Below are positions 23,282-48,870 of a stretch of 64,000 nucleotides of DNA, one piece after another. The notes under the pieces were generated by a model, which made no database searches, was not told the DNA's origin, and saw nothing but the letters and a program-made list of their open reading frames with translations. The position numbers were made by a program, and so were the translations under genes. Position 1 is the first letter of the stretch. Each line of letters opens with the position of its first letter. The DNA lies in the NCBI RefSeq assembly GCF_009914755.1, contig NC_060940.1. One strand, 5' to 3'. This DNA is from the human T2T-CHM13v2.0 reference genome, Homo sapiens.

Positions 23282-24709
23282 GCAGGGTGCTTACTAAACA
23301 TGCAGAAGCATGTCGATCTCTGAGGAGATCTAAGTTGGTAATAGGGCTACAGCCCAGGACTCCTGTGGAATTTAACCAAGCACAATGTGATCTTGCCAGG
23401 CAGGTGGGGGCAGGGGACGGTCTGCAGACCACACGGAGTTGGCCCTGGATGGCTCCCAGCATCTGAGCTCAGCCCCACTGGGTGTCACTGAAGAGCAAGG
23501 GCCATGCCTGCCTCTGTGTAGCCTGGGTGAATGCCTGACCTCCCTGAATCTGTCCCTCATCTGTCCTGGGGCCACTGGGTTGGGGTGAGCAAGAAACAAG
23601 GCTGGGAAAGCCTTCTGACCACTCCACAGACCCCAGAATGGACCAAGTGAGAATAGCTGTCCCAAATAAATCGGGGATAGGGAAGCAAGAGGACCAGCCT
23701 CTTGCCGAGCATCCGCCATGGGTTCACTCCCAGGGCTCCAGTTCCATCAGGCACGGGGCTTACAGAGCCGGGGGCAGGCAGGGGCCTGGCTGGAAACGGG
23801 GAAGTGACAGTCAGTCCCGGAGAACAAGAACCTTGGAAGGAGAAACTCCTTTGAAATGGCCACGGCTGCTGAACTCTCAACCCAGAAATGCCATCCTCAT
23901 TCAGCTCGGATGCCGGGAAGGGAGGGAACTCCCCTCTCACAAGCACCTGCTACATGCAGATGTTGTACAAATGTGTTTGCTCCTAACCATTCTGCAAGGG
24001 AGACGGTATTTGTTCCCATTTGACAGAGGGGAAGACTGAGGCTCAGCAAACGAAAGTCACGAGGCCAAGTTCACCTGGCCAGGGAGACAGAGGAGGTGGA
24101 TGGAAACGCCGAGAGAGCACCTGCTACGTCACGTGCCTTGGCTATGCAGGCAGCGGGAACCGGTATCCAGACTCCCAAAAACCACCCTGTGAAATATCTG
24201 ATCCCCTCCTACAGATGAGGAAACACATGCTCAGAGAGGTTCCTTCCTGGGATCACCTGGCCAGGTCAGGGCAGAGTAGGTATTGGAGGCCAACTCTGCC
24301 CCTTCCTACTTCCCAGGGCTGCTGGGAGTAAGGAGGGGGAGGAGATGGTACCAGTAATGGCTAATAGCAAATACTTACGTAGTGGCTGTTTTCTCTCAGG
24401 CACTGCTCTAAGCGATCTATGCCTACGACTATATTTAACCCTTGCAATATTAACCCCATGGGAGATAGGGCCAGTACAATTATACCCATTTTACAGGGGA
24501 GGAAACTCAGGTACCAGGAGGCAGCTAGGCTGGGATTCAAACTTGGGCAGCCCAGCCACTGCCTCTCTGTTATAGGAAGGGCCGGGTGTTGGGACTGTGG
24601 AGGAGCTGCTTTGTCTTGGCGCCAGGGCCAGGCCTGGGGTTCAGCAGGCGTTCCCCCGACCCAGAATGAAGCTCTGGCCCCATCCAGAATGCTGGTTTGC
24701 AGTTCCTCA

Positions 24710-25006
<297 letters not shown>

Positions 25007-25524
25007 CTAGGTGTCAGGCAGGCACAGGGGTGGCAGCTTCCTCTCTCCCCAGTCCCCTGCACCGAGAATGCAGCAGCAGCTGCCACCTCCCAGCCTCCAC
25101 ACCTGTCGCAGCTCACAGCTGACCTCTAAGAAACGCAAATCAGATGCCGTCCCCTAAGAAGCTGGGCTCTGGCATGGCCCGTGGCCTGCTTTGTTGTCCC
25201 AACCTCACTTCCCTTGCTCCCTCCGTAAATGCTGCCCCGTGTTCCTCAAGGCAGAGTTGTGCCTTAGGCCCCTTCCCTCTGCAGGGCTCACACTCACCAG
25301 TGAGGCCCCTTTTTGCAACACCCTGGCCCCTCTCTGCTTCATTCCTGCACAACGTTTACTACACCCTGACCATAGACCATGCATCTCTAGTTTGTTGTAT
25401 CGTCCTGGCCCCACTGGAATGCGCCACCCAGGAGGCCGGCACCTAGGCTGTGTCTTTCACATCCACTCCCTGCACCTAGAACACAGCCTGGCATAGGTGA
25501 AACACACAAATGTTTTCTGAATGA

Positions 25525-26045
<521 letters not shown>

Positions 26046-26053
26046 AGTCCTTG

Positions 26054-26250
26054 GGATGGAGGGAGGGAGGGAGGGAGGGAGGGAGGGAGGGATGGACGGA
26101 CGGATGAATGGATGCAAGGGAGGAACGGTTGGAGGATGAATGGATGGAGAGAGAGGGTACATGGGAGGGCAGATATACGGGGATGGATGGAAGATAGGAA
26201 GGAGGATGGAAGGATGCGTAAAGGAATGGATGGATGGGTTGGTGGATGGA
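26054..26250 (+). repeat. Purine-rich (GGGA)n/(GGAT)n low-complexity tract
   Basis: ggagggagggaggg...ggatggacggacggatgaatggatg. Confidence 0.9.
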
Positions 26251-26576
26251 AGAACCAATCAACCAGCTACCAACCCCAGGAGGGGAAAGGGGTTGAGGAA
26301 AAGGAGTCCTAACACCTCTCCTCTGGGGTAATGATGACTACAGCAGCTCTAACTCATGTGCCCGGCACCAAGGCTGAGCATTCCCGCATCATGTCTCTCT
26401 TAAGTCTCACCATCACTCTACGTCCTGGAACCTGCTGCTCCTTCCTCAGATGAAACACCAGAGGCTCAGAGAGGAGATGTGCACTGCCCAGTCACCCAGC
26501 AGGCAAATGGCAGAGCCACGATGGTGGCGTCTGGCTGCCTCGCTCACACCCCTGCATTCTGCGGGCACCACCCTCA

Positions 26577-27235
<659 letters not shown>

Positions 27236-27623
27236 TCGTGGCAGGATTTCTGCTGTGAGCACTTAGGGGGCCATGCCTAAGAGCCCCAGGAACCCAGGCG
27301 GGAGGTCCAGAGGAGGAAGGGGCTTCCAGGGCCAGCTCTCCCCATTTCTCCATGGCCTGGTTCCTGCCCCAAGCTCTGCAGAACAGTGCTCGGCCCCATG
27401 AGGAGCCCTATCAGGTAATGATGCTGGAGGAGACCAGACCTGATGCCTCGGGGAACCGGAGCTCCCGATCTCCCTCCGCCCCCTCCCGAGAAGCCCCCTA
27501 GCATCCCACCTTCTTCCCCATCTGTTCCCAGCATCTCGGGCCGTTCCCCTTGCTTTTCTTGTCTTCCAGAGCCCTCACCACATCCCAGTTAGGAAGGGAA
27601 CCATTTCACAGATGAGAACACTA

Positions 27624-28312
<689 letters not shown>

Positions 28313-28354
28313 TCAGAGCCATTCCCAGGCTGGAGACTGAAAGCATTTAAATGA

Positions 28355-29071
<717 letters not shown>

Positions 29072-29499
29072 TGATTTTTTAATTCATTCCTTGGCTTGAA
29101 TTCTGGAGAGCGTCTTTTGCCTGCACACAGCTGGCCTGTTGTCCTCCCTTTCATAGATGGGAAAACCTGAGTCTCAGAGAGGCGATAGGACACACCCGAG
29201 GCCCCCCAGCCAGACAGGGAGCCCAGCTGCCTCACTCAGTCCCCAAAGCTACCACTAAACAAGCAACTATAAATGATCAATCAGAGACGCCTGTACCTGT
29301 TTCCCACATTAAAATGTGAGCTATCTTCAAACACCGCCTGGTATACAGTAGGTGCTCAATGAGGTATTGATAAAGGAATGATTGAATGAAGGATCCCAGA
29401 GATCCCCAGGCTTCAGGAAGCTGTGATTCCGGAGAAGTCTTTGTCACTGATGAACACACTCTCCTTCTCCTACCAGAGGTGCCCAGCCCCACAGGCTCA

Positions 29500-29697
<198 letters not shown>

Positions 29698-30306
29698 CTA
29701 GGGAGGGAGACAGACTCAGCCAGTGGCCTTGCCCAGACAGACTGCACCTCTTTCCCACCCGCACAGACCACCTTCTCCATCGAGGTCAAGGCTGCAAAAG
29801 GGCAGGTGGCTTTCAGCACAAAACCCCATCCCTGTGCAAGGCCCTCGGAGAGCTCAGTCCATTTCACAGAGGAGGAAATCCAGGCTTAGAGAGGAGCAGA
29901 TGGAGCGAACACAGGACAGAGATGGGACTGGAGGTCGCGCTCCTCCTCCACTGTCTTCCCTTAGCTCTGTGGCCCCGGGCAGGTCACTGCACCTCTAAGT
30001 GCTTCAATTTTGTCATCTGAACACGGGCCCATTAATAGCGCCGAGCAGATGGGAGGCTGATGTGTGGCTTCACGCACAGAACCTATCACGGGGTAAGCAT
30101 TCAGGGCCTGTGAGCCACCGTCACTGCCGTGGCTGTCAAGGTGTTGTGGGGACCCAGGTCTCCTGCTGCCCCCCCAGTGCCTTTCCCACAGTCCCTTGGG
30201 GATGTGGTACAGCCTCATTGACCCCAGATAAGGCTCCTCAGGCAGGGGAGGGCCCCAAAGACCCCGCTCAGCCTGCAGGGTGGAGTTCGGCTCTGCCCCA
30301 GGGTCA

Positions 30307-30609
<303 letters not shown>

Positions 30610-30689
30610 CTACACACTCGCTTTGTCACCATTACCACTCGACACCCTGCACTGTCCCTGTGGGAGCCCCGTTACAATGAGACTCTGAG

Positions 30690-31117
30690 GCTCCTCCAAG
30701 AGGTGGCGTCTGCCTCCCCAGCCCTTGAAGCTGGGCTGGCCTCGTGACGTGCTAATAAAATTCAGCAAAGTTGACCGAGTGCCAGTTCTAAGCCCAGGCC
30801 TTAGGAGGCCTCACCCCGCTTCCTCCCTTGAACCCCTGTCCAGCCACATGAGAACAAACCCTGCTGGCCTGTGGGCTGGTGCCACGTGGGGTTGGGGAGA
30901 GCCTGCTTTCAGCTCAGGATGTCCTAGCGCAGCTGACAGCTAGCCAGCCCCTGAGCAGGCTGGAGAGCCCAGCCAAGGCCAGCGGAGCCGCCCGCTCACC
31001 CTACAGCTGACCTCGAACATGAGGAAGACCAGAAAAGCTGCCCAGGTGACCCACAGCCTCGTGAGCAAGGCGCCACGCTTGCTTTATGCCGCTGAGTTTC
31101 GGAATACTTTGTTACCA
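30690..31117 (+). mobile_element. Old MLT1 (F/G/H-like) MaLR LTR
   Basis: cccttgaagctgggctggcctcgtgac...ccagttctaagcccaggccttagg. Confidence 0.65.
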
Positions 31118-31699
31118 TCCTGAATCAGGAGCTGATGGGGGCAGCCGCAACCTCAACAACCTGCATCCCTCTCGGGGGCCTCACATGCACAGGTGCCCTG
31201 TGCCCCCTCGGAAGCCCCACACCCCATGCCACCGTCTGCTGTCCTGTGCTCTCCTTCCATCTTGGATGTGACAGGTGACACCCCATAGCTGAGTCCTCGC
31301 AACAACAGACGGCCTCCACACCCCGGGTTTTCTTCCTCTGTCCCCCAGGTGAGTCAAGCTGACCTGACCTCCGACATCACTTGACCCCATCTCCTGAGGC
31401 CCCTGAGCAGCCCTGCTTTCCCAGACCCCACAGCAGGAGGCTGCCCGAGGCCCCTTTGCACGCTGGTGACCTGTGAGCTCTGTACAAAGGGCACCCACCT
31501 GTTCAGATGGGCTGCAGGAGCCGTGCCCAGAGACACTGGCACTGGCTGGTTCTCAGGGCATCACCCAGTCATTGGTTCTGGGGAGGCTGACCACATGCAG
31601 GGCTAGAACCCTTTGTTCCTGCCACCCGCTGACCCCACCTGCAACACTGTCAACACCGTGTGGGGCTGCAGACTGTGTAGCTCACCAAGGGTGGCACAA

Positions 31700-31808
31700 A
31701 TACACACACACACAGGCATGCACACACGTGCATGTATACACACACATGCACACATACACACATGAGCACACATACACTCATGAGCACACACATACACGCA
31801 TGCACACT
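31700..31808 (+). repeat. Imperfect (CA)n/(CATA)n microsatellite
   Basis: tacacacacacacaggcatgcacacac...catacacgcatgcacac. Confidence 0.9.
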
Positions 31809-32649
31809 GCCTTGGCTTGCTGGGGACCTGCTCACTTCCTCTGCCTTCCAGGGCACACATGTGGCAAATGTGACGCTGGGAGGATTCCATCAGGCCACCT
31901 GGTAAGCCGTGCCTCCAGGCTGGGGTCTGCACTCTGTCTCCACACCTGGCAGGCTGTGGGTCGGGCTCTGCTCTGTGCTCAGGAGGTTCCTTACACAGAA
32001 ACTAAGTCTTGTGGCTGCACAGGCCACGAATTACAGCCCCTTCCAGGGATGCCTGTTTCTGGAGGACCCAGGGGCTCATGGCTGCTGTTGTTGGCGCTGT
32101 GTCGGCACTCAGCTCCCCTGGCACCACAACTGCCCAGGGATGCCACCTCTTCCACGCCCTGGCCCCTTCTCCCTGCCCGGCTGCACTCAGGATAAGCCCC
32201 AGCTCCTCTCTATGAGCTGAGACGCTGCATGACCTGGGTCCCCCAGCCCTCCTGCCTCGCCTCATCCCTTCTCCCCATTCCAGCCATGCTAGCCCCGCAG
32301 CTGCTGCTCCACATGCAAACCTCATTTCCAAGTGGGGCCTTCCGCCTGAAGTGCCTCTGCTCAGATCTGCCAGCTCCTTCTCATCCTTCAGAACTCAGTT
32401 CAGAAGTCACCTCCTCCAAGAGGCCTTCCCAGACCACCCCACCTAAAGGAGGCCCACACCCCACAAAGACCCTGCTTGCTCTCACAGCCTTTCCCACTCG
32501 TGGAAATGGTCATGCTTGACGTTATTTTGCTTATGTGCATCTTGTTGCTCAATGCCTGTCTCCCTGAGGGGTGACACCTGGGCCATCTTGCTTCCTGATG
32601 GACCCCTGGTGCCTAGATTACACCTGGGATATGCAGGTGCTCAGTCATG

Positions 32650-33337
<688 letters not shown>

Positions 33338-34304
33338 TTAAAGGAGAGGAGTAGGTGAGGGGAGTATGGCCAACAGGAGACAGCACAGAACAGCCACTTC
33401 TCAATTCCATGGCCAAGCTGTGTGGCTCTGGGCATTTTTCAACCTCTCTGAGCCTCAGTTTCCTAGAAAATGGAGGCCAGAAAGTGTCAACCTTTGCAAG
33501 ATGATACAAGTGGTGCACTCAGCCCAGGGCTACACGGTGGAGAGGAGCTTGTAGGAGGCACGCAGTTGGTATTGCGGTTTCTCAATCATGTAGCGAGCAG
33601 GTATCATGCTCCCAAGCCAGTGCTGAGTGCCTGGGTACAAAGCTAGCCAAGACCTGGTCCTGGCCCTTAAGGGGCTCCCAGGGAGATAGTCGAGATAGTC
33701 ACAGGACAGAAAATGATGGGATAAGGTGACAAGGATGGTCACAAGAGACATTCAAGGGAGAAAGGAACGCAGAGAAGCAAGCTTGGGGAGGAGGCAGGGA
33801 AGAGCATTCTAGGCAGATGGAAGAGCCTGTGCAAAGGTTCGGAGAGGGACGCCGTCCCTGCTGGTGGGTGCCACAGTCCGAGGGTGACTTGAGGGCACTG
33901 CAGGGGGACTGCTGGGGTGGGGAAGGAAGTTTGCTCTTAAACGTCTCTAAAACCTATCACTACTGCCCCCAGCTTGGTCCACGCATTATTATTGCCCTGC
34001 CCCTGCCCATTATGGGGCTTCCTCACTGCTCACTTCTGCCACCTGTAGGTCCCTCCCCACACAGCAGCCAGAGGGATCTGAAATCATCATTTATTTGATC
34101 ATGGCTTCAAAGGCTTCTAGTAGCAGATAGAACACAATGCAAACGCCTCCCTGTGGCCTGACTGACCCTGTGTGATCAGACCACCTCCTACCATTCCCCA
34201 CCCACCCAGCTCCAGCCCAGTGGCTCCTTGGCCATTCCTAAAACATGCAAACCCATCCCTGCCCCAGGCCCTTTGCATGTCTTGTTCCCTCTGCCTGGAA
34301 TACT

Positions 34305-35107
<803 letters not shown>

Positions 35108-35323
35108 TAATCTAAATAAGCTCCTTGGTCACTCTCAGTCACTTCAGTACGTTTTCTCCGTATCATAGTACTATCCGGCATATTTCGTTTGTGTGATTTC
35201 GGGGAGTCAATCTCCCCCGCTAGAGTGGACACTTGATGAGAGGAAGGATTGATCAGATCTGTTTTAGGTCACGCCCCAGCTTCTGAAATAGTGCCTGGCA
35301 CCTAGTAGATGCTCCATAAATCA

Positions 35324-35794
<471 letters not shown>

Positions 35795-36149
35795 TCAGGT
35801 TAGGCCATCAAGCGTGGCCATGGCAACTATCTCCTTCATGCCCTCCCTGCTATAACATTGACTTGAAAATATCTACCAGCCTGGCACCAGCAGCCAAGAA
35901 TTCTAGTTGTAGTACTGTTGCAGACAGCAGGGGGCAGTCTAGCAGAAAGAATTATGCCTGGGTGCGTGTCAGCATCAAACACAACAGAACTCCAAGTGTG
36001 GATCTACCACTGAGAGGTGAGTGATCTCCAGCTAGTTCCTTAACCACCCAAGCCTTCTAATCCAAAAACAGGGATAAGGACACCTATTTTATTACGGGTT
36101 GCTGCGAAAATTGTATGAAATAATGTGCTAACTTCCAGGTTGGCTGAAA

Positions 36150-38939
<2,790 letters not shown>

Positions 38940-39494
38940 TTACAGATGTAACCATTCATGCATGCACTCACCTATTCATGCCCTATTTTTTTACTAAACA
39001 ACTACTGTGTGCTGGGCCCTGTGCCAGGCACTAGGCATGCCCTCCAGGAGCTCCGGATCTGGGCACAGACAATGACAGCTCAGAGGGACAGAGGAACCTG
39101 GCCTAAGACTACTGGGCCCTCCTGTCCACTCCTACGACCCCTCAAGTCCTGCATGCAGGGCAGAGATGGGGGTGACGCTGGCTCAGCTCCAAAGGGCTGT
39201 GTCATCTGCTCCAGCTTCTACAAGTGTGCCAGGCTGGGTGAGGCAATGCCAGGCGCCAGGCACTGGGTGAGGAGGCCTCCCCCATCTCCCAAAGGGCTTG
39301 TGAGCCTGACTGGGGGCCACGGGGGCTGGCCCAGGAATGTAAACCTGGGTATGTTTGGGGAAGCTGGAGCCAGGGGTTTCCGAGGGTTGCCCACCGGAGC
39401 CTGCTGCAGGCTGGTGAACAGATGTGCATGTATTAACACTCCCCAGAGGGGCCTGGCCCCCTCCTGCCTCGGGCTGGGCATCTGGAACCAGTTA

Positions 39495-39722
<228 letters not shown>

Positions 39723-40119
39723 TCAGTGGCCCAGTTCAGGGCTATTCACACACCCCGAGGCCCAAGGGCCATACGGTGCCCTGGTTAGGGCTGGACTCTG
39801 GAGCCAAGTTACCTAGATTTGAGTCCTGGCTTGGCCTCTGCCTAGCTCTGGCACCAGGAGCAAGCTTCTTGGTTGTCCCTCTCTGAGCCTCAGCTTCCCC
39901 TGAGCCTCAGTTTCCCCATTGGTATCAAGGGTTAAACATGGCTCTGGGCTTCAAGTCTTCCATGAGTCCATCAATGAGCTTTCTTGGGTTGGTCCCATGG
40001 GAGTCCCAGCAGGGTCTGGACAGCAGGATTTTAACCCCCTGACTCCCTCCCAGGGATCCTCCTCACATAGCACCCCTCCCCTCACTCCTCCAGGCCAGGG
40101 TGGTTACAATCTCCACGTT

Positions 40120-40708
<589 letters not shown>

Positions 40709-41114
40709 TCTACCCCTTCAACAAGTGGCTTACTCACCCCCTCCCTCACTGCTGAGACCTGAGGGCTAGAGCCTGGCTGGTGGCCCCTGACTTACTGCAC
40801 ACGTAAGAGCACCAAGCGCCTCACCAGGCCCCCAGGCCTAAGGGCAGTAATAGTTATTAATAAGTGTTTGGGGCCTTGGATGCACTTAGTTTCTGAGACT
40901 GAGAACTCATCAGTGCCCTGCCTGGAGAGGATGAGGGATTTTTATAGCTGTGTGACCTTGGAAAAGTTACTTGGCCTCTCTGAGCCTCCCTGCCCTTGTT
41001 TATGCAGCAGTGCTGAGCAGAGAATTGAGAGGTGCTGTGTCCAGCGATGGTGCACAGCAGGTACCCAGTCAATGGTTCCTCCCCCGACTCCTCTCCTCCT
41101 GGGGGCCCCCCTCA

Positions 41115-41369
<255 letters not shown>

Positions 41370-42466
41370 TCACAGGTGCTGAGGATACAGGGCCGGAGTC
41401 AGCCCCTATTGCAGCTCAGGTTGGCAGTGCCCACCGAGGGACCTCAAAGGACAGCTGCAGCCCAGACGTCGACAGAGAATGTGCTCCCGGGAGGGCTCCC
41501 TGTCACCTGACCTCGAGGCCAGGAAAGGGTTTAGATGAAGCCAAGGGCACAGGGTATCCAGTCCACTCAGTTGTGGGGTACAGGGCTGAGATCCTTTGCA
41601 GGAGGGGTGACATCCTGGCCCCCTGACCCCCTGGGAGCTGCTCCCTCCTCCTACAGCAGAGTGGACTGGGGCAGGGGTTGCTGGGTAATCTGAAACAGGA
41701 GGGTGTGAAAGAAGCATTGGCGCCTGGCTCTAGAATAGGCTCTGTGGCTCTTGGAGAAGGAGGGCCCAGCCAAGCAGGACGAGTTCATGCCAAGTGACAG
41801 TGGTCAGGGCATGGCCCCATGTGGGTTCCTCTTCACCGAGGCAGGAGGACACCGTGAGGAAGGGCCTGGGTGCCAAGTCTGAGTCCCTATTTTGCTGCTA
41901 ACTTGCTAGGTGACCTTGGGCAAGTCACCCACACTCTCACGTGTGACCCAGAGATGATGATGATGACGATAATAATCACTGTCAGACCATCAGCATCTTC
42001 TTCTTCATCTTTGCCTTCATCACAGCAGGTGCTTAAGGATCTACTCAGGCATTAATGGGATGAACTCACTCGATCCTCACAACCTCCACATTATAGGTAA
42101 TATCATCATCCCTGTTTTGCAGATGAGGAGATGAGGGCACAGACAGGTGAAGGAATTTGCCCAAGGCCACACAGCTGGCAAGCAGCAGAGCTGGGATCTG
42201 AACATCGGAGAGGGCCTTGGTAAGGACGGTGCCATCCTGCCTTTCTCTGGAGCCTGAGGAGGATGAGACTGACGAACGCCCATAAACCCTTTGAAGGGGG
42301 CTGGGCACAGGGCAGGGCTTGACAAGCAGGAGCTTTGATTCTGACCCAAGATTGCAGGGCAGAAGGACGCAGGGCAGGAGCCAGACGAGGCTCCAGGGCA
42401 CCCATCCACACCAGCCCTGTGATTGGAAATGCAGAGACTGCTCAGCAGACCTGGTTATAGCGATTA

Positions 42467-42940
<474 letters not shown>

Positions 42941-44212
42941 TCAACCCCTTTGAGCCTCCGTGACATCATCTGTCATAATTTGTCCCTGAGGATCCAGGCC
43001 TGGGTGGCTCCTTCTCTCATTGAAGTTGAAGTTGCTGAAATGACACCTTCTCCAAGAAGCTTCCCTTGACTGCCCATCTGAAGTCCCTCCCAGTCCTTGG
43101 CTGCCAGGCATCCTCCATCCCATCTCCCTGGAGTGTGGTTTCCAGCACAACCTGAAATGACCTCGCTCACTTACTTATTAGGTTCCTGCTCCCCAAACTC
43201 TCACCCCACCAGAAGGTCAGTGCCTGGGGTCGGGATTTCCCTTAGGACAGCTCCTGACATGCAGCGGGGGTGCAGTGAGTGCTTTCTGAATGACTGTGGG
43301 ATGAAAGGCTTCTCTGCAGGGATTCCTGAGGATTATGGGAGGGGTAGCCTGCAGAGGAATCAGCATGACGTCTGCTCCCCACAAATGGCCACTGCGGCCA
43401 CTGACATCCACCTGCAGCCACCTGGCCCTGGCTGGAGGGTCCCGTCCTTCCCATCACCCCCTACAGAACAGGAGATTTTGGCTCACAGTTAGGAGTTTCT
43501 TCTTTGACTTAAACTCCCTTTGCTATACAGAGAAACTCATCGGGTCCAGGAGCCCCAGAGCAAACAGATGGCGCCGATTCTGTATCAGATGCCAGGTTCC
43601 CGTGGGGTGCAGCTCACGGCTCAGGCCCAAGTGACACTCAGCCAGGCTCCAGCACCTCCCATCTGGCCAGCAGGGTGGACGAGCTCCACAGCCCTGAGCC
43701 TCGACTTCCTTATCTATGAGGTGGGCACAGCCCGCCCGCCTCAAGGGACAGCGTCCAGAGTGAATGGGGTAACACACGGGAGAGGACCACTTGTGGGACA
43801 TGCAGGTGGCCTCAGGAAATGCTTCCTTCCTTCCTCGTTCAACATTCAGCCACATGTACCTACTACATGCAGGGCACAAGGAGACAGGGGACACAATCCC
43901 CACACCTGGGAGCACCCGGCTGTCAGAGATACCAAGAATGTTAACGACAGGCAGAGCATCCCCAGGAGGTAGGGACAACAGACTGGACAGCAGTGGGAGA
44001 AGGGAGAAGTCACTCTTGGCTGGGGGCGGCCATACCAGGCATCCTGGGTCGGGAACTAGAGCGGCGTGGAGGTGGTCATCCAGAATGGCCTCCCCTCACT
44101 TGACTGTCATGTCCCTAACAAACCCTGAGGTCAACTCAGACTGGGGACAATTTCCCCATGTGATCCTGTCCTCTGTTCTCCCCTCAGGAGGCTAACGGCC
44201 AAAAATAAAGTG

Positions 44213-44531
<319 letters not shown>

Positions 44532-45748
44532 TAAAAAAATTTGAGGCCAACAGAAGGACTCCCCTAGGGGACTGGGGAGTCCCCGGGATCCTGAATGGTC
44601 AAGAGCCAAGTCTCCATAATCTATATGGGGGTCAGAGGATGGCTCTGGGTTCAATCCTCACTCCGTCATTACCAGCTGTGTGGCCTAGACCAGGTGACTC
44701 AACCTCTCTGAGCCTCCATTCCTCATCTGCAGAATGGGAATGGCATTCCTAACCCTATCTCATAGGCTCGTTCATGCACCCATTCGATACCTACTATGCA
44801 CCCTACGGCGAAGCAGACAAAAGTCATCCCTGCCCTCACAGAGCACACATTCTGGTGATTCTAGCATAGAAAAATGAAAAACAAAGGTATTTGTATGCTA
44901 CACAGTGTGTTCAAATGACAGAGCTGGGGAGAGGGATGGGAGGGGATGGGAGGAAACGGGGAGGTGGAAAAGAGAGGCCTCCCTGAGATGCCATTGGAAA
45001 AATACCTAAGGGAGGTGAGGGAGCCAGGCAGGCGTGTGGGAGAGACACATTCCAGGCAGCAGGATCAGCCCGTGCCAAGGTCCTGGGGCCGCAGCAAGCC
45101 TGGCGTGTTGAAGAATAGCAAGGAGTGGAACAAGTAGGGCTGGGGGCTGGGAGATGAGGTCAGATGGGGGAAGGGTGTGGATTCTGATGGCTCGCAGGCC
45201 CCTCTAAGAGCTTTGACTTTCACCCTGTGTGATCGGGACGGCTGTACTGTATTGTGCTCTCGTGTGCACACAGCTTGCCTGGCATGTATGCAGTAAGTGC
45301 TCAGCCAGTGCTGGCTCCTCTTGTTGCTTTTATCTTCCCACCATAATGGGTTGAACCGTGTCCCCCAAAAAGAGATATTGAAGTCCCACCCCCCCTCACC
45401 CTCTGTCCTGTGAATATGACTTTATTTAAAAATAAGGTATTCACAGATGTAATTAAGTAAAAACAAGGTCATATTCAAGTCGGACGGGCCCTCAATCCAC
45501 TGTGGATTGTTTTTATTTTGAGACAGGGTCTCATTCTGTCACCCAGGCTGGAGGGCAGTGTTGCAATCATAGCTCATTGCAACCTCAACCTTCTGGCTCC
45601 AGTAATCCCCTGCCTCAGCCTCCCGAGTAGCTGCGACCACACACATGCACCACCACACCTAGCTAAGATTTCTATGTTTTAAGCCATCCAGTGTGTGGGA
45701 CTTTGTTGTGGAAGTCCTAGAAAACTAATCCACCTGCCTTGGGAGTTA

Positions 45749-46240
<492 letters not shown>

Positions 46241-46498
46241 TCAGACCCTCTTGAAGGAGCAGGTTTGATGACCAATGGGGTTACTCCAGCTAATTACACA
46301 TGCACCCAGGAGACCGTAGAGAAAACGCGGAGAAACCAATCAGGAAGTGGGGCAGGCAGGGGAGAGTGGGCCTGGGGAAGATGGCTGGAGAAAGACTTTG
46401 GGAAGACCAAGATGTCCTGGCTGGTGCGAAACAGGTTGCAAACCACAGCCTACATCTGTTGTTGTAAATAAAGTTGTTGGAACACAGCCCTGCCTGTT

Positions 46499-46961
46499 TG
46501 TCAGAGGCATTTGAACCAGAGCAACTCCATCTTGAATAGACACTGGGTAAAGTAAGGCTGAGACCTACCAGGCTGCATTCCCAGGAGGTCAGGCATTCTA
46601 AGTCACGGGACGACATAGGAGGTCAGCACAAGATACAGGTCATAAAGACCTTGCTGATAAAACAGGTTGCAGTAAAGAAGCTGGCTAAATCCCACCAAAC
46701 CAAGAAGGTGACAAGAGTGACCTCTGGTCGTCCTCACTGCTACACTCCCACCAGCACCATGACAGTTTACAGATGTCATGGCAATGTCAGGAAGTTGCCC
46801 TATATTGTCTAAAAAGGGGAGGCGTGAATAATCCACCCCTTGTTTAGCATATCATCAAGAAATAGCCATAAAAATGGGCAACCAGCAGCCCTGAATTCTT
46901 TCTTGCACAAGATCCAAGAACCCTCCCTTGCGGTCTGGATCGAGACCCCATTCCGGTAACA
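46499..46961 (+). mobile_element. MER41A-type solo LTR (ERV1) inserted in a MER58 element; has an internal 3' deletion
   Basis: TGtcagaggcatttgaaccagagcaactccatcttg...ccggtaaCA; 4-bp TSD tgtt; MER58 halves on both sides. Confidence 0.9.
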
Positions 46962-47158
46962 TGTTCACATCCCATTCCTGTGGCTGCTTTCACAACACAA
47001 TAGCAGTAGAATGGAGGCATTGTGGCAGAGACTGCAGGGCCACAGAGGCTAAGACATTTACTATCTGGCCCTTGATGGAAAAAGTTTCTCAAACTCTGCT
47101 GTGAGATGTAATTCCCTCCCATGCCACCCCACAATTGTCTTAGTAAAACCTTCAGTGA

Positions 47159-48870
<1,712 letters not shown>

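Noticed and set aside
31473-32195. 240-aa plus-strand ORF with HTYTH repeats
   Set aside because: Runs through a CA microsatellite; no splice or homology support
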